Of a DNA stretch of 1,284 nt, positions 1 to 1,284 are shown piece after piece. Each line of letters opens with the position of its first letter. Position 1 is the stretch's first letter. Both the position numbers and the translations under genes were made by a program. Under the pieces are notes generated by a model, which had not been told where the DNA came from, did no database searches, and was given only the letters and a program-made list of their open reading frames with translations. The stretch lies in the sequence record OR846099.1; one strand, written 5' to 3'. This DNA comes from a phage.

Positions 1-1284
1 GTTGAATACTTTGAATCTTCCTTCAAGCATCAGGTCACGAAGTTCACTAATGCCTGACTCTACTGAGTTACCGCCATCCGGGAACGTTGCGTGTTCGGGA
101 AGCATAGAGAACCCGGCGTCCGCATATTGGGTTTTAAGTTGCTCACCACCGCCCTTTTCGTGTTGGTGACCGTCATGAGGCCACGCGACAGGTATTTTGT
201 TAGCCCACGACTTAACAGCACCCCATGCCTGAACGGCAGTGTTCTCTGATTTCTTCCATACACGCGCCAGATAGAAAACATCTGCGTCTTTGTCCCACCA
301 AAGCTGAATGTGAGCTTGCGGGTGGTTCCAGCCGAAGTCCTGAGCGTCGATAACATAGAAGTGATCGGGACACTCAAACGGCTGGCACTTAATCGTCTCT
401 TCCGGTATCTGGAATATTCGACCGCTACCCATCGTAGGAATACCGCGAGCACGCGCCTCTCTCTCATGCTCAGGATAGGATGCGATGATTTGCTCTTTCT
501 GCTCGTCGGTGTAGTGCTCAGCGTCATAGATTGTCATGTTGACCACTTTCTGCGACTTACTGGGATTCTTCAGGAACTTGGTAACAACGTCAGACATCCC
601 CATCAGCGGGGTAAACGTCAGAATTGAGAATTGCCCGTATTTGTTTGTACGGGTAAGACCTTCGCCATAGATGCTATATGGCGGCTCTTCGTCAAACCAG
701 ACACCGTGAATTGTGTCGCCCTGCCAGCGGGCGCGGCCCTGTGAGTAAGGCTTAAAGTAGCATATTGAGATGCCATCTTCGACGCCTTCTGGCGTGTGGT
801 GCTTAACAAGAAGGTGATCAACAAGATTAGGGAAGAACGGAGACTTCTTCCAGCTAATGATGTCCTCTTTCGGGATTGACCCATAGCCAGGTTCATCATT
901 CTCTTCGACACGCCCGCACAGGATGCGTTGAGTCGTTTTGGTTACAGTCTCGTTTGTTTCACCGCCAATCCAGAAGACAACTGGCTCATAGAAACGCTTA
1001 CCTTTCCACTCTCCGCCATATTTACCATCAGCCGGATAACCTTTCGTTCCCGGGTATCGCCCGGTAAGGTGAAACGCGACTTCAGCAGCGCCAGTAAATG
1101 ACTTACCAAGCTGGTTACCAGCCATAAAACATCGCTCTGGATAGTCATGACCTGCGTCGATGAACTCACGCTGTTTGCTGTATGGCGTAAACTCATATAG
1201 CAAGTGTGTATTTCGGTAGTTCTCTTCTTCTTCGAGTAGCTCGAGCAATTCGATTTGCTCTTCGTCGCTCAGGTTATCAAGAAT
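1..1284 (-). CDS. terL: Phage terminase large subunit (TerL), internal fragment with ATPase and nuclease domains; both gene ends lie outside the window
   Basis: Manual translation of the reverse complement in frame 1 gives 428 sense codons with no stop (residue i maps to + coordinates 1285-3i..1287-3i). Walker A [AG]x4GK[ST] = AGNQLGKS at 1099..1122, preceded by Arg at 1132..1134, and resembling the QLGK[ST] core of T4-type terminase P-loops. Walker B = VWFDEE at 685..702. ATPase motif III-like ILTFTP at 607..624. Nuclease motifs VIDAQDFGWNHP at 319..354 and WPHDG at 169..183 supply candidate catalytic Asp residues. The translation is compositionally protein-like, unlike the R/S/T-rich alternative frames. 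The only ATG before the P-loop (1123..1125) sits inside the Walker A context with the frame still open upstream, so the true start is beyond 1284; the frame is also open at coordinate 1, so the stop is beyond 1. Confidence 0.88.
   Translation of the reverse strand, partial: MLDNLSDEEQIELLELLEEEENYRNTHLLYEFTPYSKQREFIDAGHDYPERCFMAGNQLGKSFTGAAEVAFHLTGRYPGTKGYPADGKYGGEWKGKRFYEPVVFWIGGETNETVTKTTQRILCGRVEENDEPGYGSIPKEDIISWKKSPFFPNLVDHLLVKHHTPEGVEDGISICYFKPYSQGRARWQGDTIHGVWFDEEPPYSIYGEGLTRTNKYGQFSILTFTPLMGMSDVVTKFLKNPSKSQKVVNMTIYDAEHYTDEQKEQIIASYPEHEREARARGIPTMGSGRIFQIPEETIKCQPFECPDHFYVIDAQDFGWNHPQAHIQLWWDKDADVFYLARVWKKSENTAVQAWGAVKSWANKIPVAWPHDGHQHEKGGGEQLKTQYADAGFSMLPEHATFPDGGNSVESGISELRDLMLEGRFKVFN

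Noticed and set aside
60-527. Minus-strand ORF of 155 aa from the ORF track
   Set aside because: It is in a different frame from the 428-codon stop-free frame and overlaps it completely. Its translation is R/S/T-rich with no recognisable motif. It is a shadow ORF of the terminase gene.
310-627. Plus-strand ORF of 105 aa, antisense to the terminase gene
   Set aside because: Entirely antisense to a conserved coding region, with no recognisable domain in its translation. Antisense ORFs of this size are common by chance.
618-911. Minus-strand ORF of 97 aa from the ORF track
   Set aside because: Same alternative frame as the 60..527 and 942..1196 ORFs and interrupted by stops between them. It overlaps the real TerL frame and has a low-complexity basic translation, so it is spurious.
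876-1067. Plus-strand ORF of 63 aa, antisense to the terminase gene
   Set aside because: Short, antisense to the ATPase-coding region, with a basic low-complexity translation, so most likely spurious.
1123-1125. ATG (Met54 of the window translation) as a possible start codon of the gene
   Set aside because: It sits immediately before the P-loop (CFMAGNQLGKS), and the frame is open and protein-like for 53 codons upstream. A start here would remove conserved N-terminal ATPase sequence.
942-1196. Minus-strand ORF of 84 aa from the ORF track
   Set aside because: Out of frame with the Walker A motif that the true frame encodes at 1099..1122, so it is a shadow ORF.
1239-1246. 8-bp perfect palindrome gctcgagc with nearby tcgag direct repeats
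   Set aside because: Too short to be a meaningful operator or terminator and lies inside coding sequence. Explained by codons for LLELLE.
1-1284. Possible novel defence or accessory system, intein, homing endonuclease, CRISPR array or RNA gene
   Set aside because: The window is fully occupied by one contiguous, conventionally organised TerL reading frame with normal motif order. There are no repeat arrays, no intergenic space and no inserted extra domain, so a novel-system claim would be unsupported.

Overview
The whole 1,284-nt window is the interior of one gene on the minus strand. Reverse-complement frame 1 (codons 1284..1282 down to 3..1) is a single stop-free reading frame of 428 codons, and its translation carries the hallmarks of a tailed-phage terminase large subunit (TerL). 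The N-terminal side (high coordinates) has an ATPase with a Walker A P-loop AGNQLGKS (1099..1122), a Walker B VWFDEE (685..702) and a downstream ILTFTP motif (607..624). The C-terminal side (low coordinates) has an RNase H-like nuclease with VIDAQDFGWNHP (319..354) and WPHDG (169..183). Neither the start nor the stop codon is in the window. Every ORF in the supplied track is an out-of-frame or antisense shadow of this gene. I see no RNA genes, CRISPR repeats, mobile-element ends or intergenic regulatory DNA. Despite the prompt, I find no sequence evidence for a novel or undescribed system in this window: it is a conserved phage DNA-packaging gene, implying phage or prophage context. Family assignment, host and exact gene boundaries need a homology search and flanking sequence that I cannot access.
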